The notes beneath the pieces were generated by a model, which saw only the letters and a program-made list of their open reading frames with translations, was not told where the DNA came from and ran no database searches. The position numbers were made by a program, and so were the translations under genes. Shown here piece after piece: positions 30,908 through 40,431 of a DNA stretch of 64,000 nucleotides. Position 1 is the first letter of the stretch; each line of letters begins with the position of its first letter. Source of the DNA: an uncultured Thermoleophilia bacterium (GTDB lineage: Bacteria; Actinomycetota; Thermoleophilia; UBA2241); contig CAVQSP010000015.1 of NCBI GenBank assembly GCA_963715985.1, positions 96,001 to 160,000 on the forward strand. The letters run 5' to 3'.

Positions 30908-31948
30908 TCAGCCGGCGCCGAGCGCCTCGGCAACGCCGGTGAGTGTCGCCTCGATGTCTTCGTCGTCCAGGTCGAGGTGTGTGACGAGGCGTACCGACCA
31001 CGGCCCCTCATCGAGGCACAGGATGCCGCTTCCGGCGAGCTTCGCGACGAGCTGAGCCGCCGTCATCCCCGTGGCCCTGGTGCCGGCGAAGACCATGTTG
31101 GTCTGGGCCTTGGCGAGGTCCACCTCCAGGCCCGGGATCTCGGCGAGCCCCTCGGCCAGTCGGCGGGCGCGGCGGTGGTCGTCGGCCAGGCGATCGACGT
31201 TGTGATGCAGGGCGTAGAGCCCGCCGGCGGCGATGATGCCGGCCTGCCGCATGCCGCCGCCGTAGATCTTGCGCGCGCGGATGGCCAGACGCATGGTGCC
31301 TTCGTCGCCCACCAGCACCGAGCCGATGGGCGCGCCGAGCCCCTTGGACAGGCAGATGCTCACCGTGTCGAAGAGCTCGGCGTACTGGGCGCACGAGATG
31401 CCGGTGACAGCCACGGCGTTGAACAGGCGCGCGCCGTCGAGGTGCAACTTGAGGTCGTGCCGATCGCAGAAGTCGCGCACGGCGAGGATGTGCTCCATCG
31501 GCAGCACCACGCCGCCGCAGTGATTGTGCGTCTGCTCGAGGCAGACGAGCCGAGTCGGCGCCCAGTGCACGTCGGCGTCGGTGTGGACGTACTCCTCCAT
31601 CTTCTCCAGGTCGAGCGTGCCGTCCGGGGAGTCGAAGACGCGCATCTGCACCTGGCTGAGCGCGGATGCCGCGCCCTGCTCGTAGAACTGGATGTGCGCC
31701 TGGGCGTGGAGGAAGACCTCGTCGCCGCGCCGCGTCAGGGAACGGATGGCCGCCTGGTTGCACATCGTCCCGGAGGGGAAGTACAGCCCGGCCTCCTTGC
31801 CGAGCAGCCGGGCCGCATACTCCTCGAGCGCCAGGACGGTCGGGTCGTGGCCGAGGACGTCGTCGTCCACCTCGGCCTCGAACATGGCCTGCTTCATCGC
31901 GGCGGACGGCCGCGTGACCGTGTCGCTGCGGAGGTCGATAGTCTTCAT
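30908..31948 (-). CDS. ltaE: Low-specificity L-threonine aldolase
   Basis: IDLRSDTVTRPS, PSGTMCNQ, HLDGARLFNA, SICLSKGLGAPIGS, GGGMRQAG. Confidence 0.92.
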   Translation of the reverse strand: MKTIDLRSDTVTRPSAAMKQAMFEAEVDDDVLGHDPTVLALEEYAARLLGKEAGLYFPSGTMCNQAAIRSLTRRGDEVFLHAQAHIQFYEQGAASALSQVQMRVFDSPDGTLDLEKMEEYVHTDADVHWAPTRLVCLEQTHNHCGGVVLPMEHILAVRDFCDRHDLKLHLDGARLFNAVAVTGISCAQYAELFDTVSICLSKGLGAPIGSVLVGDEGTMRLAIRARKIYGGGMRQAGIIAAGGLYALHHNVDRLADDHRRARRLAEGLAEIPGLEVDLAKAQTNMVFAGTRATGMTAAQLVAKLAGSGILCLDEGPWSVRLVTHLDLDDEDIEATLTGVAEALGAG

Positions 31949-31983
31949 GTCACCTTCCTTGCGGAGACCGGGGCCTCGTGAGG

Positions 31984-32724
31984 CTATACCCGCTGTGGAC
32001 GGGCGGCCAGCCCGGCCACGGGGACGCGGGCCTCTCCGCGCCGCCCCGCGCCGCGACGACGGCCGCGCTGCGACTGGAGCACCCGCCCAGCCGGCCACGC
32101 GCGGCCCGGCAGACCGTTGCCGGCCGCCAGCGCCGCCAGCACGTTCCACAGAGGGATCAGCGAGAGGCCCAGGGCGAGCAGCACGACGCGGACGCGCGGA
32201 GCCGGCGTCCAGAAGATGGCGACCTGGTCGGCGACCTCCTGGCGCAGGTGGAAGTCCTCCGGCCAGTGCAGGAAGAACCTGCCGTCGCGCCGGCCGGCGA
32301 ACTCCACGCCGGCGTTCTCGAGAGCGTTTGTCTGCTTGCCTGGGTAGTCGACCCAGATATGGTCGAAGCTCATGCGCAACTCGTTGGGGATGCCCTTGGC
32401 CGTGAGGATGCTGGCGAGGACCAGGGCGCGGCTCTCGCAGTCGCCGCGGCCGGCGCGGAGTGCCTCGGCCGCGGTCGGGAAGTACCACGGCACGCCCGCC
32501 GACTGCCAGTCGTACGCGTACGGTACGGCGCGGTCGAGCACGTAGGCCTCGATGGTCTTGGGGTCGTCGGGGAGGCGCGCGGCGAGCGCGCTGACCGCGG
32601 CCGGGTCGACCTGTGGCTCGAGCGTGTTGCGCACGCTGCGGACCAGCGTCCCCGGGTCCGGGTAGAGCACGACCAGAGCCCAGCTCACGAGAAGGAACAC
32701 CAGCACACTGCGGGGGAATCTCAT
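31984..32724 (-). CDS. Membrane-anchored transglutaminase-like domain protein
   Basis: GRGDCESRALVLASIL...DHIWV; hydrophobic segments at both ends. Confidence 0.7.
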   Translation of the reverse strand: MRFPRSVLVFLLVSWALVVLYPDPGTLVRSVRNTLEPQVDPAAVSALAARLPDDPKTIEAYVLDRAVPYAYDWQSAGVPWYFPTAAEALRAGRGDCESRALVLASILTAKGIPNELRMSFDHIWVDYPGKQTNALENAGVEFAGRRDGRFFLHWPEDFHLRQEVADQVAIFWTPAPRVRVVLLALGLSLIPLWNVLAALAAGNGLPGRAWPAGRVLQSQRGRRRGAGRRGEARVPVAGLAARPQRV

Positions 32725-32816
32725 GCCTCCATGATACCCGCGGCGCCCGCGCGCGCGACCCGGCGCTCTCCTCCCTGCGACCCGGCGACAGACCGGGCGA
32801 GATATACTGCCGAGCC

Positions 32817-33629
32817 ATGGACTCAACGCGGCCTTCGCTCCCTCAGCGGGTGACCGCCGTCCTGCACGCCAGGCAGTACCTCGTCTTCTTCTCCATCGCG
32901 CTGTACGCGCTCGACGTCGCGGTGCCCATCGTGTCCGCCTGGATGTACCGGAGCGGCGGCCTCAAAGAGCTCCTCGACAACACCTGGGGACCGCTCGCGG
33001 ACGCGGTGGCGGCGCGCAGCGCCCTCATCGCGGCGCTGTTCGTCGCCTACCTCCTCGTGATGACCTGGCTGCGCGCCGGCTACATCCGTTCCCTTGTCGG
33101 CCCGTTCCACCTGCGCCCCGCGAGCACACGCCAGTTCCTGAGCCTGCTCGGCTTCGAGCTCATCCTGGAGGCCGTGGCCGCCCTCGGCGTGGGCGGCATC
33201 GCATGGTCCGGGCAGGACGCCCTGGCCGTCAACGCCGTCGTCTTCGCGCTGCTGGCCTTCTACTTCGTGGTCCTGTACGCGGACTACATCATCGTGATCT
33301 CCGACGTCGGCCCGCTGCGCGGCATCCTGCTCTCGTGGAAGACGGTGCGCGCGACCCTGCTACCGTCGGTGGCGATCCTGCTCATCGTCACCCTGCTTGG
33401 CGACCTCGCCACGGGGCTGCTGAGCGACAGTGTGACCGGCGACATCGTCCGCGCCCTGCCGATGCTGCTCGTGCAGTGCGTGCTGATGGGCGCAGTGGTC
33501 TTCGCCGCGGACGTGACACTCGTGGTCCTCTACCTGAACGCGGTCGAGAAAGGGCGAGTGCGGCCGAAGGGCGGCGGGTCGAAGGGCGGCGGCGGCGGCG
33601 AGCCTGAGAAGGCCGGACCCTCACGCTAG
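32817..33629 (+). CDS. Hypothetical integral membrane protein
   Basis: About six hydrophobic segments; good codon bias. Confidence 0.75.
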   Translation: MDSTRPSLPQRVTAVLHARQYLVFFSIALYALDVAVPIVSAWMYRSGGLKELLDNTWGPLADAVAARSALIAALFVAYLLVMTWLRAGYIRSLVGPFHLRPASTRQFLSLLGFELILEAVAALGVGGIAWSGQDALAVNAVVFALLAFYFVVLYADYIIVISDVGPLRGILLSWKTVRATLLPSVAILLIVTLLGDLATGLLSDSVTGDIVRALPMLLVQCVLMGAVVFAADVTLVVLYLNAVEKGRVRPKGGGSKGGGGGEPEKAGPSR

Positions 33630-33671
33630 ACTGCAGGGTGAGGGTCCGGCCGGGACCGGGCCCTTCTCAGC

Positions 33672-35228
33672 TCACTCCCACTCGATGGTGCTCGGCGGCT
33701 TGCTCGAGATGTCGTACACCACGCGGTTGACCTCGGGCACCTCGTTGATGATGCGCGAGGCCAGCGTCTCGAGCAGGTCGTAGGGCAGGCGCGCCCAGTC
33801 CGCGGTCATGGCGTCCTCGCTGGTGACCGCGCGGATGGCGATGGGATACCCGTAGGTGCGCTCGTCGCCCTGCACGCCGACGCTGCGGATGACCGGCAGG
33901 ATGGCGAAGCACTGCCACAGCTCGCGGTACAGGCCGGCCCTGCGGATCTCCTCCTGGACGATGGCGTCCGCGCGCTGCAGCACGTCCACGCGCTCGCGCG
34001 TGATCTCGCCGATGATGCGGATCGCGAGGCCGGGGCCGGGGAACGGCTGCCGCCACACGATGTGCTCCGGCAGCCCCAGCTCTTCGCCCACGGCGCGGAC
34101 TTCGTCCTTGAAGAGCCAGCGCAGCGGCTCCACGAGCTCGAAGTCCATCTTCTCGGGCAGGCCGCCCACGTTGTGGTGGCTCTTGATCTTGGCGGCCTGG
34201 CGGGTGCCGCTCTCGATGACGTCGCTGTAGAGCGTGCCTTGCACGAGGAACTTGGCATCCGTGAGCTTGCGCGCCTCCTCCTCGAAGCAGCGGATGAACT
34301 CCTCCCCGATGATCTTGCGCTTGCGCTCGGGCTCGGTGACGCCGGCCAGCTTGTCGAGGAAGCGGTCGCTGGCGTCGACGGAGACCAGCGGGATGCCGAA
34401 CGTGCCGGAGAACGTCTCGACGACGCGGTCGGCCTCGCGCATGCGCATCATGCCCTGGTCCACGAACACGCACGTGAGGCGGTCGCCGATGGCCCTGTGC
34501 ATGAGCAGGGCGGCCACAGACGAGTCCACGCCGCCGGAGAGCCCGAGGATGGCCTTGTTCTCGCCCACCTGCTCGCGGATCTTCTTGATCGACTCCTCGA
34601 TGATGGAGGCCGGCGTGAACGTGGGAGCGCAGCGGCAGGCCTTGTAGAGGAAGTTGCGGAGCACGTCCATGCCCTTGGGCGTGTGCACCACCTCGGGGTG
34701 GAACTGGACCGCGTAGAAGCCGCGCAGCGGCGCCTCCATGGCGGCCACGGGGGCACCGCCGCTGGCCGCCAGGACCTCGAAGCCGGGAGGGGGCTCGGTG
34801 ATGCTGTCCCGGTGGCTCATCCAGCACTGCTCTTCGGCCCGCATGCCCTCGAGGACGACACCCGGCTTGATGACGTTGAGGGTGGTCTTGCCGAACTCGC
34901 TGAGGCCGGTGCGCGTGACGGTGCCGCCCAGCCCGAGCGCGATCGCCTGGGCGCCGTAACAGATGCCCAGCACGGGGATCCCGAGCTTGAAGATCTCGGG
35001 GTCGACCTTGGGGGCGTCCTCGACGTACACGCTCATGGGGCCGCCGGACAGGATGATGCCCTTGGGCGCGAACGCCTTGATGCGCTCGATGGGCGTGTCG
35101 TACGGGATGAGCTCCGAGTACACGCGGCACTCGCGCACGCGACGCGCGATGAGCTGCCCGTACTGCGCCCCGAAGTCGAGCACCAGGACGGTGTCGAACC
35201 CTTTGACGTCCGGCGTACCCTGCGCCAC
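33672..35228 (-). CDS. guaA: GMP synthase (glutamine-hydrolysing)
   Basis: [51 protein letters not shown]. Confidence 0.98.
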   Translation of the reverse strand: MAQGTPDVKGFDTVLVLDFGAQYGQLIARRVRECRVYSELIPYDTPIERIKAFAPKGIILSGGPMSVYVEDAPKVDPEIFKLGIPVLGICYGAQAIALGLGGTVTRTGLSEFGKTTLNVIKPGVVLEGMRAEEQCWMSHRDSITEPPPGFEVLAASGGAPVAAMEAPLRGFYAVQFHPEVVHTPKGMDVLRNFLYKACRCAPTFTPASIIEESIKKIREQVGENKAILGLSGGVDSSVAALLMHRAIGDRLTCVFVDQGMMRMREADRVVETFSGTFGIPLVSVDASDRFLDKLAGVTEPERKRKIIGEEFIRCFEEEARKLTDAKFLVQGTLYSDVIESGTRQAAKIKSHHNVGGLPEKMDFELVEPLRWLFKDEVRAVGEELGLPEHIVWRQPFPGPGLAIRIIGEITRERVDVLQRADAIVQEEIRRAGLYRELWQCFAILPVIRSVGVQGDERTYGYPIAIRAVTSEDAMTADWARLPYDLLETLASRIINEVPEVNRVVYDISSKPPSTIEWE

Positions 35229-35276
35229 AGCGCCTCCCTCTTGTCTGTCGTCAGCCGTGCGACCGCTTCCGCGGCC

Positions 35277-35443
35277 TCAGCCCATGCCGACGAGATGAGG
35301 TGCCGTTGCACCACACCTCATGTGTGTCTCGGGGCCGACCCGCCTCCGGCGGTCAGCCCATGCCGACAAGATGAGGTGCCGTTGCACCACACCTCATGTG
35401 TGTCTCGGGGCCGACCCGCCTCCGGCGGTCAGCCCATGCCGAC
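35277..35443. repeat. 76-bp tandem duplication including the last 15 bp of guaB3 (15-61-15-61-15 layout)
   Basis: TCAGCCCATGCCGAC at 35277, 35353 and 35429; the two 61-bp inserts differ only at their first base. Confidence 0.95.
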
Positions 35444-36586
35444 ATCCTGCTCCTTTTGCAGCTTCTTGCCCTCGGTCATCAGCGCCGGCGCGACCATGAC
35501 CTCCGCCTTCTGGAACGACGTCAGCGTCTCGTAGCCGCAGGTGGCCATGCTGGTGCGCAGCGCGCCGAACAGGTTGAGCGTGCCGTCGTTCTCGTGCGCC
35601 GGGCCGAGGAGGATCTCCTCGAGGCTGCCCTTCTCCCCCGCCTTGACGCGCGTGCCGCGCGGCAGCTCGGGGTGGAAGGTCGCCATGCCCCAGTGGTAGC
35701 CGCGGCCGGGCGCTTCGCTGGCCGCGGCCAGCGGCGAGCCGATCATGACGGCGTCGGCGCCCAGGGCGATGGCCTTGCTCACGTCGCCGCCGGTGCGCAT
35801 GCCGCCGTCGGCGATGACGTTGCAGTACTGCCCGGTCTCGAGCAGGTGCTGCACGCGCGCCGCCGCGGCGTCGGCGATGGCCGTGGCCTGCGGCACGCCG
35901 ATGCCGAGCACACCGCGCGTGGTGCAGGCATGGCCCGGGCCGACGCCGACGAGCACGCCCACGGCGCCGGTGCGCATGAGGTGCAGCGTGGTGGCGTAGC
36001 TGGCCACGCCGCCGACGATGACCGGCACCGGGCACTTCTCGATGAACTTCTTGAGGTCGAGCGGCTCGACCCTGGTACTGACGTGCTCGGCGGACACCAC
36101 GGTGCCCTGGATGATGAGCACGTCGAGCCCGGCGTCGAGCGCCGCCTGGAAGTGCTCCTCCACGCGCTGCGGCGTGAGAGAAGCTGCGGCCAGCACGCCG
36201 CCGTCCTTGACCTCCTTGATGCGCTTGCCCACGAGCTCCGGCTTGATGGGCTCCTTGTAGATCTGCTGCATGGTGCGCGTGGCGGTCTCTTTGGGCAGTG
36301 CGGCGATGCGGTCCAGCTGCTCGTCGGCGTTCTCGTAGCGCGTCTGCACGCCCTCGAGGTTGAGCACGGCGAGGCCGCCGAGCTTGCCCATGGTGATTGC
36401 GAACTTCGGGTCGACCACGCCGTCCATGGCCGAGGCGAGGACCGGCAGCTCCAGCGTGTACGGGCCGAGCTTCCAGGTGATGTCCACGTCCTCCGCGTCG
36501 CGGGTGCGGCGGCTGGGCACGATGGCGATGTCGTCGAACCCGTAGGCGCGGCGGCCCTTCTTGCCGCGGCCGATCTCTACTTCCAT
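35429..36586 (-). CDS. guaB: GuaB3-type IMP dehydrogenase family protein without CBS domains
   Basis: RRAYGFDDIAIVPSRRTRD, VGVGPGHACTTRGVLGIGVPQATA, IADGG. Confidence 0.92.
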   Translation of the reverse strand: MEVEIGRGKKGRRAYGFDDIAIVPSRRTRDAEDVDITWKLGPYTLELPVLASAMDGVVDPKFAITMGKLGGLAVLNLEGVQTRYENADEQLDRIAALPKETATRTMQQIYKEPIKPELVGKRIKEVKDGGVLAAASLTPQRVEEHFQAALDAGLDVLIIQGTVVSAEHVSTRVEPLDLKKFIEKCPVPVIVGGVASYATTLHLMRTGAVGVLVGVGPGHACTTRGVLGIGVPQATAIADAAAARVQHLLETGQYCNVIADGGMRTGGDVSKAIALGADAVMIGSPLAAASEAPGRGYHWGMATFHPELPRGTRVKAGEKGSLEEILLGPAHENDGTLNLFGALRTSMATCGYETLTSFQKAEVMVAPALMTEGKKLQKEQDVGMG

Positions 36587-36633
36587 TACGTCCTCCTCAC
36601 AAGGGCGCGAAACGCGTCCCTCGAAGCCGGGAT

Positions 36634-36754
36634 AAACAAAAGACCCGAGCACGGACGTGCCGGGGTCTCTGGGCGCTCTGTATGTGCTCTGAGTAGGCTG
36701 GCTTCTCTCGTGTCAACGTCCTTGGACTCTACCAGCGGCCGCGGGGTGGCGCAA
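36634..36754 (-). promoter_or_regulatory. guaB3 promoter plus leader terminator (candidate attenuator)
   Basis: TTGCGC-N17-TAGAGT at 36754-36726; hairpin AGACCCCGGCAC...GTGCTCGGGTCT followed by TTTGTTT upstream of the RBS. Confidence 0.65.
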
Positions 36755-37142
36755 CAGCGCTACGCCCTTGCCGCCCTGCCCTGCGAACGGGGACCAGTCC
36801 CCTTGGGAAAGGCCGAGGCGGCGAGGGGCCGGGAGAGCCGCTCGCCGCCTCTTGAAGGCCAGGCAAGGCAATGAGAAGTTGGGACGTGACCGTGTACGCC
36901 GCCTCCTTGTTCGCCAGCTGGAGGAGGAGAGCCGGCGGGTCGTCGTCGGGGCGACCCTCACCCGGTGCGCATCTTCGCGCAGCCCGCCGCCGTCTTCTCC
37001 ATCACTCACCACAGGGAATCGGCTGCGGCATTCCCAGCGACAATGGGCAAACATCCCCGGTGTCCGGCCACGACGTACTCGCGCTTCGCAGGTCCGCCCG
37101 ACGCATCGAGCCGCGCCGGCGAAGCGCCGCCGGCCTCTGCTC

Positions 37143-37553
37143 TCAGCCTTTGGCGTCGATGAGGTGCAGCTCCATGCCCTTGACGATGGCTTCGGAGCGG
37201 CTGCGCACGGCGAGCTTGCGGTAGATCGCGGAGACGTGGTTCTGGACCGTCTTCTTGCTCAGGTACAGCTCCGCGGCGATCTGCGCCGGGGAGCGCGGAG
37301 TGGCCAGCATCACCACGCGGACGTCGTCACCGCGCTCGTTGAGGCGCCGCGCGACCTCCAGACCGCTCATGCCCGGCATGGAGATGTCCAGCAGCAGCAC
37401 GCAGCCGGGGTTGGCGGCGACGCTCGTCAGAGCCTCGTCGCCGCTGACTGCCTCCGCCGCGACCACGTAGCCCTCGGATTCGAGCAGCTGCCCCAAGCCC
37501 TGCCGGAACAGGCCGTGGTCGTCGGCGATGATGACGCGTCCCTTGTCTGTCAC
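37143..37553 (-). pseudogene. NarL/LuxR response regulator with an in-frame internal deletion
   Basis: IIADDH...LLDISMPGMSGLE...VVMLAT joined directly to PRSPAQIAAELYLSKKTVQNHVSAIYRKL. Confidence 0.65.
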
Positions 37554-37735
37554 GGGACCCCCACCAGAAGTGAGACGAGGTCGAGGAACGTGTCGACCGC
37601 GAAGGGTTTCGGCAGGTACCGCGCGCGCCGACACGTGCGCGTCTGCGAGCGCGCCTCCCGCTGCCGGGTCACCACTCACGAGCAGCACCGGAGCCCCGTC
37701 CGGCAGCCGCTCGGCGATCCGGACCCCCGAATCGT
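37550..37735 (-). pseudogene. Remnant of a CheY-like receiver gene
   Basis: APVLLVSGD, then in a shifted frame RYLPKPFAVDTFLDLV; its TGA overlaps the downstream GTG. Confidence 0.5.
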
Positions 37736-37803
37736 CCGGAGATGATAAGAAACGCGAGGGGGATGAGGATGTGACGCCTGCGGCGTCCGCGTCACACGCG
37801 CGA

Positions 37804-38769
37804 TCAGGCTCCCGTGCCGGCCTCGTCGCCGAGCTCGACGACCTCCACGCCATCGAGAAGCGCCGCGAACACCTCGGCGTCGAGCATGCCGGCGCCGTAC
37901 CGCTGCGTGTTGGCGGCGCCGGCCGCGAGCGCCTGGCGCAGACACTCGGCGAGGTCCAGCTTCTGGAAGCGCGCGCTCACGAAGCCCGCCAGCAGCGCAT
38001 CTCCGGAACCCACGGTGCTGATCACCGACTCCAGCGGAGCGATGCTGCCGCGGAAGACCAGCTGCCGCCGGCCGACCTGAAAGCGCGCCACACAGCCGTA
38101 GGCGGTCTTGATGATGACGTTGCGCGCGCCCATCTCACAGATGATGGCGGAGGCGTCGACGAGGTCCTGGTCGTCGTGGAACTCGTGTCCGACGAGGTCT
38201 TCGGCCTCCCGCAGATTGGGAAGCGCCAGGTGCGGCCGGCCCTTGACGCCGAGGCGCAGAGGCACGCCGGCGCTGTCGAGCACGACGAAACAGCGATACC
38301 GCCGCACGCGCTGCATGACGACGGCGTAGAAGTCCTCGTCCATCTTGCGCGGCAGCGACCCCGCGAGCACGACGAACCGTGCGCCCTTGGCGAGATACTC
38401 GATCTTGTCGAGAAACGCCGAGACCTCGAGCGGTGTGACCACCGGCCCGTACTCGACGACCTCGGTCTGGGTCATGGTGGTGGGGTCCACGACCGCGGTG
38501 GACGTACGCGACTCGCCGGCGATGTGGACGAAATCGTTGAGGATGTTCTCGCGCTGCAGCCCCTCGACGATGAGCTGCCCGGCGCGTCCGCCCACGAGGC
38601 CGGTCACGATGACCGGCTGCCCGAGCTCCTTGGCCGCCCGGGCGATGTTGACGCCCTTGCCACCGGGGAGCGTGAGACTCTCGGTGGCGCGGTGCCGGAA
38701 GCCCGTCTGGAAGTTGTGGACGGTGAGCGTCTTGTCGACGGCTGTGTTGGGTGTGACGGTGATGATCAC
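37804..38769 (-). CDS. 1-phosphofructokinase family (PfkB) hexose kinase
   Basis: MIITVTPNTAVDKT, PGGKGVNIAR, LAGSLP, PNLREA, STVGSGDALLAG. Confidence 0.92.
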   Translation of the reverse strand: MIITVTPNTAVDKTLTVHNFQTGFRHRATESLTLPGGKGVNIARAAKELGQPVIVTGLVGGRAGQLIVEGLQRENILNDFVHIAGESRTSTAVVDPTTMTQTEVVEYGPVVTPLEVSAFLDKIEYLAKGARFVVLAGSLPRKMDEDFYAVVMQRVRRYRCFVVLDSAGVPLRLGVKGRPHLALPNLREAEDLVGHEFHDDQDLVDASAIICEMGARNVIIKTAYGCVARFQVGRRQLVFRGSIAPLESVISTVGSGDALLAGFVSARFQKLDLAECLRQALAAGAANTQRYGAGMLDAEVFAALLDGVEVVELGDEAGTGA

Positions 38770-38920
38770 GGTGATCTTCCCGGAGAATGCCTCGGTGCCC
38801 TCACGCGAAGACCGGCACCACGCCCGGCGCCGGTCTCTGCGGCGTCCAGTATAGCAGTTCGCCCCGCCTTGACAGTCCCCCGCGCGCGGAGATACGTTTC
38901 GTGAGCGTCAAGTGCGGCGC

Positions 38921-39083
38921 GTTCCTCGTTAGGTGAGGCTCCGACACACATAGAGGCCGTTGCCCGGAAACGTCCAGAGACGCCAACGGGTAGGACAGGC
39001 ACTACCGGATCAAGGTTTTGCCCCAGACGGCTGAGGCCCTGACCTCTACGGTGTGTTGTGCTAAAGCTGGGACGAGTGAGGAC
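38921..39083 (+). ncRNA. M-box (ykoK) Mg2+-sensing riboswitch
   Basis: CTCGTTAGGTGAGGCTCC...TGCCCGGAAACGTCCAGAGACGCCAACGGGT...AAGG...GTGCTAAAGCT...ACGA matches the ykoK consensus; lies upstream of Mg-transport genes. Confidence 0.92.
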
Positions 39084-39152
39084 CGCTCCTCCAGCCATGC
39101 GCCCGGAGCCTTCCGCGAGGGAGGTTTTTCTGTGTCCGCAGGTCGACGGGCG

Positions 39153-40421
39153 ATGGAGGAGGTGAGGCCGGTGTTCTACCTGAGCAAGCTGCTGGGCAGC
39201 CCTGTGCGCGACAGCGCGGACAAGAGCGCCGGGACGCTGCACGACCTCGTCGTCTCGTCGGCATCGGCCTACCCGACCGTCACGGCGCTCGCCGTCAAGC
39301 GGCGCGGGCGCGTGCTGTACGCCACCTGGGACCAGGTCACGAGCTTCGAGGAGTCCGGGTCCATGCTCCACGTCCCCGCAGCCGACCTGGCTCCCCGCGA
39401 GGTCCGTCCGGGTGAACTGATGCTCTCGGCCACCTTCCTCGACAAGCAACTCGTCGACACGGAGGGCCGCAAGGTCATCCGCGTCAATGACATCCAGCTC
39501 CTGCGCAGCGGAGCGGAAGTGCACGTCGTGGGCGTCGACGTCTCCAGCAATGCGATCCTGCGGCGTGTCGGCCTGGCCAGGGTCGGCGACCGCCTGGCCA
39601 AGGGCCGCCAGAACCCCAAGCCACACCTCATCGACTGGAAGGACGTGGACGTCGAGCACACCGACGAGAGCTCGGTGCGCCTCGCCGTCCCGCAGACCAA
39701 GCTGGAGCTGCTGCACCCGGCCGACATCGCCGACCTGGTCCACGAGCTCTCGCCCGACGAGCGGGCCGCGGTCCTCGAAGCCCTCGAGGACGACCTGGCC
39801 GCCGACGCCTTCGAGGAGATGCACCCGTCCTACCAGGCGTCGCTGCTCCTCGACCTGCCGGACGACAAAGCCAGCGAACTGCTCGCCAACATGTCGCCCG
39901 ACGACGCCGCCGACCTGCTCGCCGACCTGCCGGACGACCGCCGCCAGCACTTCATCGCGATGATGAAGAAGGACGACGCCGAGGACATCCGCGAGCTGCT
40001 CAGCTACCCGGAGCACTCGGCGGGCGGCATCATGACGCCGGACTACGCCTGGGCGCGCCTCGACGACACCGCGGCCCGGGCCATGGAGCGGCTGCGGGAG
40101 CAGGCCGAGTACGTGGAGACCGTCTACTACATCTACGTGGTGGACCGCTCGGACAAGCTGCGCGGCGTGTTCTCGCTGCGCGACCTGCTCACCACGCCGC
40201 CTGAGAAGAAGGTCCGTGACTTCATGACCGAGAACCCGGTCTCCGTGCCCACCGCGGGCACGGAAGAAGAGATCACGGACGTGATCGCCAAGTACAACCT
40301 GCTCGCCCTGCCCGTCGTGGACGAGGAGGGCGAGCTCCACGGCATCATCACCATCGACGACGCCATCGACCTGGTGCTCCCGCTCGCCTGGAAGAAGCGC
40401 CTGCCGAGGATCTTCCATTGA
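39153..40421 (+). CDS. Soluble MgtE-like protein (PRC barrels, MgtE N-domain, CBS pair; no transmembrane domain)
   Basis: LDKQLVDTEGRKVIRVND, LHPADIADL, YPEHSAGGIMT, KYNLLALPVVD...GIITIDD, then stop. Confidence 0.9.
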   Translation: MEEVRPVFYLSKLLGSPVRDSADKSAGTLHDLVVSSASAYPTVTALAVKRRGRVLYATWDQVTSFEESGSMLHVPAADLAPREVRPGELMLSATFLDKQLVDTEGRKVIRVNDIQLLRSGAEVHVVGVDVSSNAILRRVGLARVGDRLAKGRQNPKPHLIDWKDVDVEHTDESSVRLAVPQTKLELLHPADIADLVHELSPDERAAVLEALEDDLAADAFEEMHPSYQASLLLDLPDDKASELLANMSPDDAADLLADLPDDRRQHFIAMMKKDDAEDIRELLSYPEHSAGGIMTPDYAWARLDDTAARAMERLREQAEYVETVYYIYVVDRSDKLRGVFSLRDLLTTPPEKKVRDFMTENPVSVPTAGTEEEITDVIAKYNLLALPVVDEEGELHGIITIDDAIDLVLPLAWKKRLPRIFH

Positions 40422-40431
40422 GGAGGCCTCG

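Noticed and set aside
35277-35443. Mini-CRISPR interpretation of the 15-bp repeats
   Set aside because: The spacers are near-identical, the repeat is too short and derives from the gene end, and no cas genes are present.
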